Sequence record: NC_042081.1
Strand: one strand, 5' to 3'
DNA length: 64,000 bases
Position 1 is the stretch's first letter; every line of letters starts with the position of its first letter. The position numbers and the translations under genes were made by a program. Shown one piece after another: positions 1-9,688 of this stretch. The notes beneath the pieces are model-generated. The model was given only the letters and a program-made list of their open reading frames with translations, had not been told where the DNA came from and made no database searches.

Positions 1-117
1 CGATTAATTTGGATTATGTACATCTCAATGCATCCTTTCCAAGATACATTGAGATGGGGTCTCCTAAGAGACCCATCTTTTAACCTAGATTGAGTTCATC
101 CAATCGACCTTCCGTTT

Positions 118-486
118 TTATACAGCAGCTTCGGGTGGCCGAGGATAATTTACAACACGCAGATTATCTTCAGAAGTATAGTTCCAAAGGACCTTACCAT
201 AGGTAATTCCATCTAACCATATTTCTATATGTTCTTTCTTAAGATCTGGAATACCCTGATTTATTTCTTCACCAATAATATCTTTATTGGCAGTAAGGTG
301 ATATAATGGTGTACCGTCGCAATCACGTCCATACCCAAAAACATAAAGACGGATGCCTGAATACACATTTTCTACCAACTCACCAATAGCGATATTATGG
401 GTTTTAGTCAAATTATTCTCACGTACAGTTTTGCCATTCTCTTCAACAAGATCGCTGACATTAATGACTACATTATCTTTAAGCAT
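118..486 (-). CDS. hypothetical phage protein
   Basis: 122-aa ORF on the dominant strand, followed by a hairpin at 54-76. Confidence 0.75.
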   Translation of the reverse strand: MLKDNVVINVSDLVEENGKTVRENNLTKTHNIAIGELVENVYSGIRLYVFGYGRDCDGTPLYHLTANKDIIGEEINQGIPDLKKEHIEIWLDGITYGKVLWNYTSEDNLRVVNYPRPPEAAV

Positions 487-512
487 AATTATTCTCCATT
501 TAATAGCGGTGA

Positions 513-668
513 TTATTTGGTAACGATAATTTCAACGCCATTAGGGGCGATGCGATGACCGAGGATAACTTCAGTGTCTTTCTTTACTTTAGGTACTTCG
601 TAAGTCCCACCATAAACAATAGTGGCACCCATAACCATACCAGTAATAATCATTGTAATTGCTTTCAT
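513..668 (-). CDS. small protein with hydrophobic N-terminus (51 aa)
   Basis: Hand-translated MKAITMIITGMVMGATIVYGG...; first ORF after the TATATTAC motif at 714-721; not in ORF track. Confidence 0.65.
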   Translation of the reverse strand: MKAITMIITGMVMGATIVYGGTYEVPKVKKDTEVILGHRIAPNGVEIIVTK

Positions 669-713
669 TTGTATATCCCTTTTTACATTAATTGAAGGTT
701 AAATATCAAGTTA

Positions 714-741
714 GTAATATACTGTTAAAATATGTTTGAAT
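714..741 (-). promoter_or_regulatory. putative phage early promoter
   Basis: TATATTAC (+ strand GTAATATA 714-721); 711-741 is identical to 49915-49945. Confidence 0.75.
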
Positions 742-761
742 GTATTATCGGTAGAGGAGGG

Positions 762-1175
762 TTACCATTTTAACTTTTTAATACTATTGGATAAGTACAT
801 GACACTACGGAAAATTTTGAATCTTGAAAAGTATTCACGTACTTCTTTTTTAGTCAATACAAGTCTTCCATCTTTGTTTACATTATCACCAAAGACAATT
901 TCCTGAGTATTCTTCCATAAAGATCTATAAAGATAACAGCCGTGTGGTGCATCACACCAATCATAGATCTTAAGTTCAAATTCAACTTTGTCGACAATAT
1001 CGTCATCAAATAAAATAGTATTTCCTTTACTATTTAATTCCATTAACTCATTTGCACAATTTATTGCAAACTCAACCGCTGCCCAGGTTCTACCACCGCT
1101 GAACATATCTTTACTTAACTTACTTAGATCGATAGCATTATAAGTTGTTTTCTTAGGGTTTTTCATGGATTGCAC
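762..1175 (-). CDS. hypothetical protein
   Basis: 137-aa ORF downstream of the promoter motif at 1218. Confidence 0.7.
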   Translation of the reverse strand: MQSMKNPKKTTYNAIDLSKLSKDMFSGGRTWAAVEFAINCANELMELNSKGNTILFDDDIVDKVEFELKIYDWCDAPHGCYLYRSLWKNTQEIVFGDNVNKDGRLVLTKKEVREYFSRFKIFRSVMYLSNSIKKLKW

Positions 1176-1217
1176 TCCTCAATAATAAATAGAATAATCT
1201 ATATTTAATTCACCTTT

Positions 1218-1248
1218 GTAATATACCCTTTAAATACATTTGAATACA
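1218..1248 (-). promoter_or_regulatory. putative phage early promoter
   Basis: TATATTAC at 1218-1225 with upstream TATTCAAA...TTTAAA as in other copies. Confidence 0.7.
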
Positions 1249-1257
1249 TGACATAAA

Positions 1258-1277
1258 GCCTTCCCCTGGGGGAAGGC
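1258..1277 (-). terminator. intrinsic terminator after DHFR
   Basis: GCCTTCCC/GGGAAGGC 8-bp stem followed by TTT on the - strand. Confidence 0.65.
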
Positions 1278-1282
1278 TATTA

Positions 1283-1807
1283 TTATGTTTTAATCCAATG
1301 GGTATATGTACATAGGTCAGTTTCTTTAATAATGGTTGATTTCCATTTATCCCATTTAATGATTTCTTTAGGGAAATAAACACAACTACTATTATCGATT
1401 TCCATCTTGACAGTAGTAATGTACATTTCGTCTAAAATATCCTTTTCAATGACTTCTTTATAAAGTTGAGAACCGCCAATGATCCATACATCCTTTCCAG
1501 TTTCTTTATTGAAATGAGTGGCATAAATAACAGCTGCACTTAGATTAGGGAGTACACCTAATTTATTATCACAGGATACTGGGTAATTACCGTTACGATA
1601 TAAACTTGATGATACAACAATGTTATTACGATTAGGTAACGGTTTACTACCTAAGGATAAGAAAGTATTTTTACCCATGATAACACAGCAACCAGTTGTC
1701 ATTTCTTTAAAGAAAGCTAAATCCTCAGGTATATGCCAAGGTAATAGATTATTATATCCAATGACACCATTTAGGTCATGGGCAACGATTAATTTAATAG
1801 CCATCAA
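1283..1807 (-). CDS. folA: dihydrofolate reductase
   Basis: IGYNNLLPWHIPEDLAFFK, VIMGKNTF, PLPNRNNIV and WIIGGSQLY motifs. Confidence 0.97.
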   Translation of the reverse strand: MMAIKLIVAHDLNGVIGYNNLLPWHIPEDLAFFKEMTTGCCVIMGKNTFLSLGSKPLPNRNNIVVSSSLYRNGNYPVSCDNKLGVLPNLSAAVIYATHFNKETGKDVWIIGGSQLYKEVIEKDILDEMYITTVKMEIDNSSCVYFPKEIIKWDKWKSTIIKETDLCTYTHWIKT

Positions 1808-2310
1808 TTTTCCTTAGGCCAGAATTTACAAGATACTTCATTATCTTTAAATTCAATAGCCCAACTACAGCAAGTGAAATTAGTTTTAAACTTAAATGTA
1901 GACGCTAATAGGTAATTAATTTGAGCCATTTGTAATAGCGTTAATTCACCATATACTTTCTCATCAATTAATACACCAGGTCTTTTATGTTTAATAACTA
2001 ATTCATTCAACTTAATATCTTGTTCAATATAGAGGTATTCCACTTCGCCTTTTTCTAGTATGGGCATGTCCCAAAGAATCAGACTAATCTGCTGTGTGAA
2101 TTCCTCAATATTAGTTGTAATATCTAGTCCTTCATAACCTATCAATAGATTTATAAGTACTTGTAGGCTAATCAGATTAACAGGTAAGTCTTTTAAATCG
2201 TCTTCTTTAATAGTTGTTCTAAAATAAACAGTGCCATCTAAGTTTTTAACTAATAATCTATTTAATAGATGATTGACTTCTGATTTAATCTGATAATCCA
2301 GTTTGATCAT
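1804..2310 (-). CDS. hypothetical protein
   Basis: 168-aa ORF overlapping the DHFR start. Confidence 0.7.
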   Translation of the reverse strand: MIKLDYQIKSEVNHLLNRLLVKNLDGTVYFRTTIKEDDLKDLPVNLISLQVLINLLIGYEGLDITTNIEEFTQQISLILWDMPILEKGEVEYLYIEQDIKLNELVIKHKRPGVLIDEKVYGELTLLQMAQINYLLASTFKFKTNFTCCSWAIEFKDNEVSCKFWPKEN

Positions 2311-2869
2311 TAGCTAACTCCTTGAGTCTAGTCATGCCATTACTAACTTCAATAATGTAACTAAAGTCAAAACTATATTTCATCATTTTGAATTCTTCTT
2401 TAAAGTTAGCGATATTTCCAGACAGAGCAATTTGTTCAAATCGACTAAAATCAGTAATAGTTTCATCGAACATTAGTTCTCTTGCGGTAATATCTGGATC
2501 ATAGTTAGGATGATCAATTACAGTACCTTCGTGATTTAAAGTACCTTGAAAATTCAAAGTCTTTTTAACATGGTCTACAGTTATTTTCCAACTAGTTGCA
2601 ATATACCGAGCTTTAACTAAATTAGGAGCATACCTGTAAATACACCATTGTAATGGAGTGCCAACAGTTTGCGTATCATGCGTGGCTTTTATAACTTTAA
2701 TAAAATTCTCAAGTTGATCAAATGTAACATTCCTAGTTACACCATCATTAGTGGTTATATTAAGAGATGGTCGAAGACCAGTACCAAGATCATTGGTGAT
2801 GATTATATCCTCAACTAAAGCCTCATATAACTTTAGTCCTTCTTTTCTGGATCCAACATCATTACCCAT
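2285..2869 (-). CDS. hypothetical protein
   Basis: 194-aa ORF in the operon; true start may be slightly downstream. Confidence 0.7.
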   Translation of the reverse strand: MGNDVGSRKEGLKLYEALVEDIIITNDLGTGLRPSLNITTNDGVTRNVTFDQLENFIKVIKATHDTQTVGTPLQWCIYRYAPNLVKARYIATSWKITVDHVKKTLNFQGTLNHEGTVIDHPNYDPDITARELMFDETITDFSRFEQIALSGNIANFKEEFKMMKYSFDFSYIIEVSNGMTRLKELANDQTGLSD

Positions 2870-3222
2870 TGTTTAGCTTCCTCTTTTGTTACCAGTTGAT
2901 AAAGTTTATTAAATTCACGTTGACGCATTAATTTGTAATCTAGTATACGCCCATTATTTTTACGAATTAAAATAATAAAATCACCCGGACAGACAATTTT
3001 ATCTTTATCTGGGCCTACACGTAAAATACCATGACTAGATTCAGTTAGATTACATAATGGGCAAATCGCATTACTAAGAGTAGACTCTTTAGTAGGTATA
3101 GCATAACCAACAATAGCACCTTGGTTGATATTATTGATAACGCCATCACCAGGTATATCACCGTTCTTTTTCCATTCGATTGCTTCAATTGGATCGGTGT
3201 ATTTCGGTAGATAAAAAGACAT
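2833..3222 (-). CDS. conserved phage hypothetical protein (CxxC...HG...VCPGD)
   Basis: EAIEWKKNGD...CPLC...HGIL...VCPGDFI pattern. Confidence 0.7.
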   Translation of the reverse strand: MSFYLPKYTDPIEAIEWKKNGDIPGDGVINNINQGAIVGYAIPTKESTLSNAICPLCNLTESSHGILRVGPDKDKIVCPGDFIILIRKNNGRILDYKLMRQREFNKLYQLVTKEEAKQWVMMLDPEKKD

Positions 3223-3566
3223 TCTTAATTAACTCCGATAAATAATAGTAGTATAGTAAAAAGCACTTAGGTATATTTCTATTTTAAGCTATATTGCTGA
3301 TAAAATAAAACCTAAGGGTACATAGCGGGTTATTGTTTAAAGCTCTTAAATAGCACGGTAGAACGATATTGGACTATATAGCTGTAACCCTTATGGCACT
3401 AAGGCTACATAGGTTTTTAAGATAAAGATATCCAATGTACCATAATATGCTTTTACAATAGATCAACTAAATTCATTTAAAATGGGTCGTAAAAATACTT
3501 AGTTGATCTAAAGATATGTTGAATACTTTTTCACATGAACTTACGACTCACAATTGGAAATTAACA

Positions 3567-5855
3567 ATGTTAAAAACTATCATTAAACTAGACGGTACTG
3601 AAGAAGCATACTCACCTGCTAAGATTAATGGTTGGGGTGAATGGGCAGCCCAACATCTTGGCGATAAGGTGGATTGGAGTAGTGTTGTAATGGATGCTGT
3701 TCAAGCTCTTGGCGATAAAACTTCATCACAAGAACTACAATTACAACTTATTGAAGAATGTCTAAATCGTAAGACATGGTCTTATTATCTAATGGCTGGT
3801 CGACTATATGCGATTTATCTTCGTAAGAAGTTCTATGGTCTAAATGGTATCCCAACTGTTAAAGCGCTTCAAACCAGGATGCGTAAAGATGGTATCATTG
3901 TTAAATTAGATTATAGTAGTAAAGAATACGCCCAGATTGAAAAGATCATTGATCACGATCTTGACCTACTTTGTCCACATTTCTCACTTCATCACATTCG
4001 TGGAAAGTATGCTCTACGTAATCGTAAAACTGGTCAAGAATATGAGACTGCCCAGTTTGTGTATATGCGAATGGCAATGGCTCTAGCTGAAAAAGAGCCA
4101 GCTGAAACTCGCATGACTCATGTGGAGAATTACTATAAACTACTTTCTAATAAAATTCTTAGTGCGCCAACACCTAACTACGTTAACCTAGGTACTAAGC
4201 TTCGTGGTTTTGCATCATGTTGCCTATTTGCTTCTGGTGATAATGGTGTATCACTGGCAATGGGTGATTATATTGCTAACATCATGACCCAATCATCAGC
4301 GGGTATTGGTGTTAACTTAATGACTAGGTCAATTGGTGATCCTATTCGTAATGGTCTAATCATTCACCAAGGTAAGAAACCATACATCGATGTAATGGGT
4401 AAAGCAGTACGGGCTAACCTACAGAATGGTCGAGGTGGTGCTGTTACGTGTTACTACAGTGCTTTCGATCCTGAAGCAGATATGATTACTCAGCTACGTA
4501 ATCCACGTTCTACTGAGGATAGGAAGAACCGTGATCTTCACTATGCATTCCTAAGTAATAAGTTCTTTGCTAAGAAAGCGGCGCAGAAAGATGGCATGAT
4601 CTTTGTATTCAATCCATTTACTGCACCAGATCTACATGAGGCTTTCTATAGTGGTAATATTGATAAGTTTATTAAGCTTTATGAAAAATATGAAGCAGAT
4701 CCTAAATTTGAGAAAACCTATGTAAATGCTCGGGATCTTCTCAAATCAATGCTAGTTGAAGCATATGAGACTGGAACCATCTATTCAGCTCAAATTGATG
4801 AACTCAATCATCATACACCATTTAAAGAACCTATTTACAGTTCTAACCTCTGCCTTGAAATCGCAGAACCCACTAAGCCTTACTATCGAATGGAAGATCT
4901 TTATTCTAGTGAGGATCATGGTCGCGGTGAAATTGCTACTTGTTCACTGGCTGCTATTGCAGTGGATAATGTTCCTGATAAGCAAACTTATGAAATGGCA
5001 GCTTACTACGCACTTAAGATGATTGACTATTGTATCCTTAATGCAGAGTATGCTTTCCCACACCTTGCACTAACCGCTAAGAATCGAATGAGTGCTGGTG
5101 TTGGTATCATGGGTCTAGCTACGCATATGGCACGTGCTGGCCTTAAATATAGTAGCGATGCTGGTAAAGCTGAAATCCACTTCATTGCTGAACGGCATAT
5201 GTACTTCCTTATTAAGGCGTCACTTAAGATTGCTAAAGAACGTGGTAATGCGCCTTGGATTCATAAGACTAAATGGCCAGAGGGATGGACTCCACGTAAG
5301 ACTTATAATAAGTCAGTGGACACTATCATTGAAGGTGGTTTTGAAGAACTTTATCCATGGGATGAGCTAGAGAAAGAGATTAAGGAGAATGGTGGTATTG
5401 CACACTCCGTACTAGCTGCATACATGCCGGGTGAGGCGTCATCTAAAGCACTAGGATCAACTAATGGTCCATATCCGGTACGTCGTCTAATTCTTAATAA
5501 GACTGATAATGGCGCACGTGTACTATGGGCTGCTCCATATGGAGATGATGATTCTTATGTGTATGAATCAGCTTATGATATCCCCACTAAAGATCTTATT
5601 GATTGCTATGCCATTATTCAAAAGTGGACTGATCAAACAATCAGTGCGGACCTCTATCGACGCATTGTAGGTTCTGAAAAGATCTCTTCTAATGAAATGC
5701 TAAGTAATCACTTCTACATGGTGAAACGTGGAATGAAAACCCGGTATTATGTAAATCTAGAAACAGCAGCAGGACTTGATATTAAATCACTCGAACGTGC
5801 TGTTGAGGTAACTAATGCCGAAGTTGGGTGTGCAGGCGGTTCGTGCACTCTTTAA
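3567..5855 (+). CDS. nrdA: ribonucleotide reductase class Ia alpha subunit
   Basis: N-terminal ATP-cone (IIKLDG), APTP, ASCC, SNLCLEI, TCSL, KTRYY and C-terminal CAGGSC; start placed at ATG 3567 (track starts at 3516). Confidence 0.97.
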   Translation: MLKTIIKLDGTEEAYSPAKINGWGEWAAQHLGDKVDWSSVVMDAVQALGDKTSSQELQLQLIEECLNRKTWSYYLMAGRLYAIYLRKKFYGLNGIPTVKALQTRMRKDGIIVKLDYSSKEYAQIEKIIDHDLDLLCPHFSLHHIRGKYALRNRKTGQEYETAQFVYMRMAMALAEKEPAETRMTHVENYYKLLSNKILSAPTPNYVNLGTKLRGFASCCLFASGDNGVSLAMGDYIANIMTQSSAGIGVNLMTRSIGDPIRNGLIIHQGKKPYIDVMGKAVRANLQNGRGGAVTCYYSAFDPEADMITQLRNPRSTEDRKNRDLHYAFLSNKFFAKKAAQKDGMIFVFNPFTAPDLHEAFYSGNIDKFIKLYEKYEADPKFEKTYVNARDLLKSMLVEAYETGTIYSAQIDELNHHTPFKEPIYSSNLCLEIAEPTKPYYRMEDLYSSEDHGRGEIATCSLAAIAVDNVPDKQTYEMAAYYALKMIDYCILNAEYAFPHLALTAKNRMSAGVGIMGLATHMARAGLKYSSDAGKAEIHFIAERHMYFLIKASLKIAKERGNAPWIHKTKWPEGWTPRKTYNKSVDTIIEGGFEELYPWDELEKEIKENGGIAHSVLAAYMPGEASSKALGSTNGPYPVRRLILNKTDNGARVLWAAPYGDDDSYVYESAYDIPTKDLIDCYAIIQKWTDQTISADLYRRIVGSEKISSNEMLSNHFYMVKRGMKTRYYVNLETAAGLDIKSLERAVEVTNAEVGCAGGSCTL

Positions 5856-5861
5856 GTGTAT

Positions 5862-5887
5862 ACACCCTCCCTTAATTGGGAGGGTGT
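5862..5887 (+). terminator. hairpin between nrdA and nrdB
   Basis: ACACCCTCCC-TTAATT-GGGAGGGTGT; 22-bp core identical to 7541-7562. Confidence 0.55.
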
Positions 5888-5955
5888 TATTCCCAATTTA
5901 TACTAACCTCTATTATTTATTGTAAGAAATATTTTTAAATTGTAAAGGAACTGAC

Positions 5956-7119
5956 ATGTCTACTAAATCACAACTACCAAAGAAAATCTTCAATGCGGCT
6001 AAGAGTGATTATCATCTACCAGAAATTATTCTTGGAGATGACCCAGGTCTACTAGATTCAATCCACACTCATTATCCTAAAATGTGGGACCTATATAAGC
6101 GTCTAAAAATGCTTGATTGGGATGAGTTAGAATTTGACTTTTCTACTTGTCTAGTAGAATTTGAAACATGTGATAAATCAACTTATGACATGATGATTAA
6201 GACACTGGCGTGGCAATGGGAAGCTGACTCTGTAGCCAGTCGTTCCATTGTTAATATTCTATCACCTGTCATGACTGATTCACGAGTATGGGCAGGATAT
6301 GTACGTATTAATGATAATGAAGACGTACATGCTTTAACTTATTCTGAAATTGTACGTAATAGCTTTAAAGATCCTAAAGTTATTCTAGATGAAATTCTTA
6401 GGGTAGAAGAAGCACAAGAACGGATGGTTGCAGTAGCCCGCACTATGGGTGAAGCACATGACGCAGTTCACGCGTATGCTCTTAATCAGGTACCCAATGA
6501 TCAAGAACTTTACAATAAGGTATTCATGTTCTTCATCGCTCTATATTTCCTTGAGCGTATTCAGTTCATGGCATCCTTTGCTGTGACTTTCGCTATTGGT
6601 CGCACCGGTGCATTCCAGCAAATTGCAGCTGCTGTTAAGAAGATTGCCCAAGACGAATTCGAAATCCATGCGCAATATGGCCAAGAAGTTATTCGTGCAC
6701 TACTAGCAACTGAACGTGGTAAACTCGCTTATAGTCAATGTAAAGATAAAATCATTGAACTACTATGGGAAATTGTAAAGACTGAAGTCACCTGGGTTAA
6801 TTATCTATTCTCTGAAGGTCGTGAACTAACTGGCGTTAATGCGACTAAACTTATTAACTGGGTACTTTTCAATGCTAATGCCGCAGCAACATTCCTAAGT
6901 GTTGAAAATGATATTGTAGAACAGTATCAAGTAGAGTTTAAAGAATCGGCTGGATTTGATTTTGTTTGGCCAGAGAAGAACCCACTTCTTTATATGGAAG
7001 ACTACCTAGATATTTCATCAACCCAAGCATCTCCTCAAGAAGAAGAGAAACCTGATTACATGGTTAACGTTGTGAATGATGTTGGCGAAGAAGAAGAATT
7101 CGAAGTGGATTTCATGTGA
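5956..7119 (+). CDS. nrdB: ribonucleotide reductase class Ia beta subunit
   Basis: WEADS, EDVHALTY, LERIQFMASF and DEFEIH di-iron ligand motifs; acidic C-terminal tail. Confidence 0.96.
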   Translation: MSTKSQLPKKIFNAAKSDYHLPEIILGDDPGLLDSIHTHYPKMWDLYKRLKMLDWDELEFDFSTCLVEFETCDKSTYDMMIKTLAWQWEADSVASRSIVNILSPVMTDSRVWAGYVRINDNEDVHALTYSEIVRNSFKDPKVILDEILRVEEAQERMVAVARTMGEAHDAVHAYALNQVPNDQELYNKVFMFFIALYFLERIQFMASFAVTFAIGRTGAFQQIAAAVKKIAQDEFEIHAQYGQEVIRALLATERGKLAYSQCKDKIIELLWEIVKTEVTWVNYLFSEGRELTGVNATKLINWVLFNANAAATFLSVENDIVEQYQVEFKESAGFDFVWPEKNPLLYMEDYLDISSTQASPQEEEKPDYMVNVVNDVGEEEEFEVDFM

Positions 7120-7532
7120 TGAATAAATTAATTCTTGTACTATCCTTAGTACTCGCATCTATGATTCTTGAAGCCAGTGAAATTAAAACAACCACTAATG
7201 GGATTATTAAACAAGTCGATTGCCAACTTGTAGCTAAAGATAATAGTATCGCTGGTGCAACTATTGGAGGTACCGTAGGAGCTGCTGCCGGTGCTGCGGT
7301 AGGTAAAGCACTTCTTGGTAAATCGGGTAGTTGGATTGGAGGTCTGATTGGTGGGGCAGCTGGCGGTGCTATCGGTAATAACATGGCTGCAACAGAAACT
7401 TACCAATGTAAGATGATCATTGAAGATCATGGTAAACTGTACATGAATCAAATCGTCACAAATAAGAAGTTAGAACCAGACATGTCTGTAACTATTGTAG
7501 AAATGTCTGATGGTACCTACGAAATAATGTAG
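7116..7532 (+). CDS. exported glycine-zipper protein
   Basis: N-terminal hydrophobic signal; GATIGGTVGAAAGAAVG and GGLIGGAAGGAIG GxxxG repeats. Confidence 0.8.
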   Translation: MMNKLILVLSLVLASMILEASEIKTTTNGIIKQVDCQLVAKDNSIAGATIGGTVGAAAGAAVGKALLGKSGSWIGGLIGGAAGGAIGNNMAATETYQCKMIIEDHGKLYMNQIVTNKKLEPDMSVTIVEMSDGTYEIM

Positions 7533-7540
7533 CCATAATG

Positions 7541-7562
7541 ACCCTCCCTTAATTGGGAGGGT
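7541..7562 (+). terminator. intrinsic terminator of the nrd operon
   Basis: ACCCTCCC-TTAATT-GGGAGGGT followed by TTATG. Confidence 0.65.
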
Positions 7563-7617
7563 TTATGCTAACAATTCTATAGCACTCTTATTAACAGTCA
7601 TCAACGAGAGAGTAGAC

Positions 7618-9510
7618 ATGAATAAAATGCTAAACTTCCTAAACCACACGCTATATAGCGGTACTGAAAAAGTATCTTCAAAAGCTACGCCGAGTCTAGA
7701 ACACTTTAAAACAAATGTTGAGCAAGTCGATAAAAAGATTCTACAACCCTTTAGTACTAAATTTAAAACCATTCTAAAAGAATGTTACAGTAATGAAGAG
7801 TGGGTTGAAGAACAGTCATTTATTGAAGAACCTATTGATCTTGGTTCAGCTGCACGCGGTCTTACCGAGCGCGGTATTATGCGTGGTGATTGGGGACGCT
7901 TAGCGCATTCCACTATTAAAGAAGCAGAAGGTATGATGCGTACTTATAGTGGTCGTCTAAATGAAGATATGGAGGCATCTGAAATTAATGAAGTAATTCA
8001 AGATATGCCTTATAACTTCACAGCTGGTTCAGCTAATACCAGTCGTTTAGAAGAAGATGATTCTATTTTTGTTGAGGCTGATACAACTGTAGTTGAACCT
8101 CTATCTAAGCAGACTCTGCCAAAAGTAGCAGAGCTTACTAATCAATTAGTGGAAGTCTATAATCGAATTACCGAAGAATTTACAGAAACTGGTATTGCTA
8201 AAGTTGAACAAGTTGAGCAACCAGCAGTACTTGTAGCACTTGGTGAGATCATTAGTAGTTTTAATAAACTAATTGATTTATCGTGCGGTGCTCTACCAGT
8301 GGAAGAAACTGTTATTGTAGAAGAAGATCCGTTACCTGCTATTGTTACTGGTCCAACTACTGAACCCATTGATGGTGAAATCCCACCGGTTGATGCTATC
8401 AATAATACCGCATTAGAAGAGTTTATTGAAGAAGTACTAAGTACTAATCCAGAATTTATTAAATACCAAAGTATGGGTGATAGTAATATTGATTCATATC
8501 TAACTGGGGATGACTGGATTATACTAAAATTTAAAGATGGCTCTTATTATTTATACAATGCCCAAAGTGCTGGTGAAACGAATATAGAAATCATGAAAGA
8601 TATGGCCGAAACTGGTAGTGGTCTTAATGGTTTTATAAATCGCGTTGTCCAGGGTGGCTATGTAGAGAAGACCATCGTTAATGAAATCGATAATAATCCC
8701 GGCTTTATGTATGTCTCAAATGAAGGTCTTATCGACACCATTAAGAGTATCTTCAACTCTGGCCCTGAGATCAATCTCGATAAAAAGAAGAAAGCTATTG
8801 CTACGCTGAAAAGTACCTATGGTGACGCCAAATGGGTGGCAGAAGCAAAGCTTAAAACCGGCGAAGTAAAAGTATCGAGTTACGAGACGTTCGCGTCCAA
8901 TGATCCTAAGGCCGCAAAAGCCAATATCACTAATGCTGTAGCTAAAGCTGATCGTCACAACCAGAAAGTTCTAGATGAGAACAGTAAGATGCTAGCTCCC
9001 GTGGTTAATCTGTTCAAAGGGAATGATTGGCAAGACCCTAAGAAAGTCGCTACTCTTTTGGCCGAATGGAAACCTGATGTAAAGACAAACTTCCAAGAAC
9101 CCAAATGGCCCGATAATGCTGGTACTAAGATTAAGTTACTTGATGCTACCGGTATTGTGGAAGCAGCTAACGTTATCATTGATGTTCTGTCTAACAACAC
9201 TAAGACTATTGCGGACGCTTGGTTAGCCCAGTATCCTGACCTATCTGTCAATGGAGATATCTACAAACATAAGCTATCCACTATTAAAGATAAAGACGCT
9301 CTTGAGGACGTATATCTGCTGGCTAAACGGGCCGATAATATCATTCTTAACATTCATGCAGCGTACGACGATGCTAAGGTCGAATCTACCTATCGAGTAT
9401 TTGCTATCGATATGTTGAAACTAATGCAAGCGTCTATCAGTAGCTTCCCAAGTGGTTCATCCGTAGAGAACACTAATGAACGCAATACGCTCATTGGTAT
9501 TGAAGAATAA
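7618..9510 (+). CDS. putative virion head protein, probably protease-processed, with internal KTSC-like domain
   Basis: 630 aa; acidic N-terminal half; S/A/G-x-E sites (PSLE, TALE, VSNE|GLIDTIK) typical of phiKZ-type prohead processing; SNIDSYLTGDDWIILKFKDGSYYLY...GSGLNGFIN segment. Confidence 0.6.
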   Translation: MNKMLNFLNHTLYSGTEKVSSKATPSLEHFKTNVEQVDKKILQPFSTKFKTILKECYSNEEWVEEQSFIEEPIDLGSAARGLTERGIMRGDWGRLAHSTIKEAEGMMRTYSGRLNEDMEASEINEVIQDMPYNFTAGSANTSRLEEDDSIFVEADTTVVEPLSKQTLPKVAELTNQLVEVYNRITEEFTETGIAKVEQVEQPAVLVALGEIISSFNKLIDLSCGALPVEETVIVEEDPLPAIVTGPTTEPIDGEIPPVDAINNTALEEFIEEVLSTNPEFIKYQSMGDSNIDSYLTGDDWIILKFKDGSYYLYNAQSAGETNIEIMKDMAETGSGLNGFINRVVQGGYVEKTIVNEIDNNPGFMYVSNEGLIDTIKSIFNSGPEINLDKKKKAIATLKSTYGDAKWVAEAKLKTGEVKVSSYETFASNDPKAAKANITNAVAKADRHNQKVLDENSKMLAPVVNLFKGNDWQDPKKVATLLAEWKPDVKTNFQEPKWPDNAGTKIKLLDATGIVEAANVIIDVLSNNTKTIADAWLAQYPDLSVNGDIYKHKLSTIKDKDALEDVYLLAKRADNIILNIHAAYDDAKVESTYRVFAIDMLKLMQASISSFPSGSSVENTNERNTLIGIEE

Positions 9511-9522
9511 CTTACTGAGTAT

Positions 9523-9688
9523 GTAATGATATGTAGAAATGATCCCTCCCCCTCGTTTCTACATTAGTCATAATAAATCGGAGCCAGTCCCCCTTCCAAC
9601 TGGCTCCCAGAGAGTAAAACTCTTTGCTGGGCATTAATGACGATATATCGCCTCCCTTCGGGGAGGCTTTATATTTTTTTTGTTTTTT
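9523..9688 (+). ncRNA. putative structured small RNA with two C-rich loops
   Basis: 12-bp stem 9531-9564 (loop TCCCTCCCCC), 9-bp stem 9580-9607 (loop CCCCCTTCCA), further stems, then a terminator; TATG late-promoter-like motifs at 9520 and 9530; no ORF. Confidence 0.55.
9650..9688 (+). terminator. intrinsic terminator
   Basis: GCCTCCC-TTCG-GGGAGGC plus long T tract. Confidence 0.85.

Noticed and set aside
21-56. 10-bp inverted repeat CATCTCAATG/CATTGAGATG at the window edge
   Set aside because: Context is truncated by the window boundary, so no function can be assigned
3516-3566. N-terminal extension of NrdA in the track
   Set aside because: The ATP-cone begins at MLKTIIKLDG, so ATG 3567 is preferred
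3567-7119. Introns or inteins in nrdA/nrdB
   Set aside because: Both ORFs are continuous and of normal length with all motifs in order
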